Part shown: positions 63,485 through 64,000 of the stretch, piece by piece | Layout of the letters: each line of letters opens with the position of its first letter | Numbering within the stretch: position 1 is the first letter of the stretch | DNA from: a virus | Taxonomy: Duplodnaviria; Caudoviricetes | DNA: 64,000 bases | Reading direction: 5' to 3' (one strand) | Virus record (IMG/VR): IMGVR_UViG_2974547928_000001 | Span: 1 to 64,000 of that record | Made by a program: the position numbers and the translations under genes | Notes under the pieces: model-generated | What the model saw: the letters and a program-made list of their open reading frames with translations, nothing else | The model's database searches: none | Told to the model about the DNA's origin: nothing

Positions 63485-64000
63485 ATGTATAACGTACAAG
63501 CAATAGTGTTGAAGCAACTACTAACTACTGACAACAAAGCAGTAGCTATGGATGCTATATCACGTTTACATAAAAAATACTTTAATGATTCTTTCTCTTC
63601 TATATTTGCCGCCATACAGAATTATCAGCAGAAACATGGGGATGTTCCAAACCTAGATACGTTAGCATTAAGTACAAATAGAAGTGTGAGACTGTCCCAA
63701 GCGCTTGCAGTCTTGAACTTGACACAAGTACCTGATGTTCCTATCCAGGAATCTATAACATATTTAGTTAATGAGTTTACTCAAGATTTGACTCTAGATC
63801 TTATAGAGGAGAATGTTCTCAAAGATATTACTCAGTTGGATAGTGGTGAAATTATTGAAAGGGTTAATTCCCTTGCAGGCATTATAGAGGACGAAGTAGG
63901 AACTGCGTCTGCGATAGAAACAGCCTCAAGCTTTATTCTATTTCCAGAACATGGATCTGGCAATATTTTTGTACCATTTGGTATAAGTGATTTCTTCGAT
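63485..64000 (+). CDS. D6: DnaB-like replicative helicase (T5 D6), N-terminal part, truncated by window end
   Basis: MYNVQAIVLKQLL... reading frame appears open to the window end; T5 synteny after D5. Confidence 0.75.
   Translation, partial: MYNVQAIVLKQLLTTDNKAVAMDAISRLHKKYFNDSFSSIFAAIQNYQQKHGDVPNLDTLALSTNRSVRLSQALAVLNLTQVPDVPIQESITYLVNEFTQDLTLDLIEENVLKDITQLDSGEIIERVNSLAGIIEDEVGTASAIETASSFILFPEHGSGNIFVPFGISDFFD

Noticed and set aside
197-63517. Antisense or alternate-frame ORFs in the track (e.g. 197..466, 3454..3660, 13019..13240, 23093..23449, 41906..42256, 61960..62421)
   Set aside because: They overlap well-supported genes on the opposite strand or in another frame, and lack an RBS or recognisable motifs

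Overview
The window is the left ~64 kb of a T5-like siphophage genome (Demerecviridae-type gene order) and probably starts at or near the left genome end. The host cannot be determined from the sequence. Layout: (1) pre-early/first-step-transfer region, 1-11 kb, with dmp, A1, A2 and a divergent block of small genes. (2) Non-coding injection-stop-like region, ~11.0-13.0 kb. (3) Leftward early region with many small ORFs, a Ser/Thr phosphatase, CHAP endolysin, holin, Clp-type protease, dNMP kinase and spanins. (4) A cluster of 24 tRNA genes interleaved with ORFs and several non-tRNA structured RNAs, 27.5-38.5 kb. (5) Nucleotide metabolism genes rnh, thyA, DHFR, nrdB, nrdA, phoH and nrdD. (6) Rightward replication block: origin-binding protein, D2, D3, split NAD ligase with a NADAR insert, D5 and the start of the helicase. 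The most unusual signals are non-coding. There are two ~700-nt promoter-driven, nested-helix RNAs (37.7-38.5 kb and 52.8-53.5 kb) and three RNAs closed by 21-23-bp terminal stems. Seven ORFs have stop codons inside or touching tRNA 5' ends. The first-injected DNA carries a dense set of host-regulator sites: five rrn-type boxA elements, two symmetric perfect CpxR boxes, and LexA, DnaA, Cra and Fur boxes. All calls were made by eye, without database searches.
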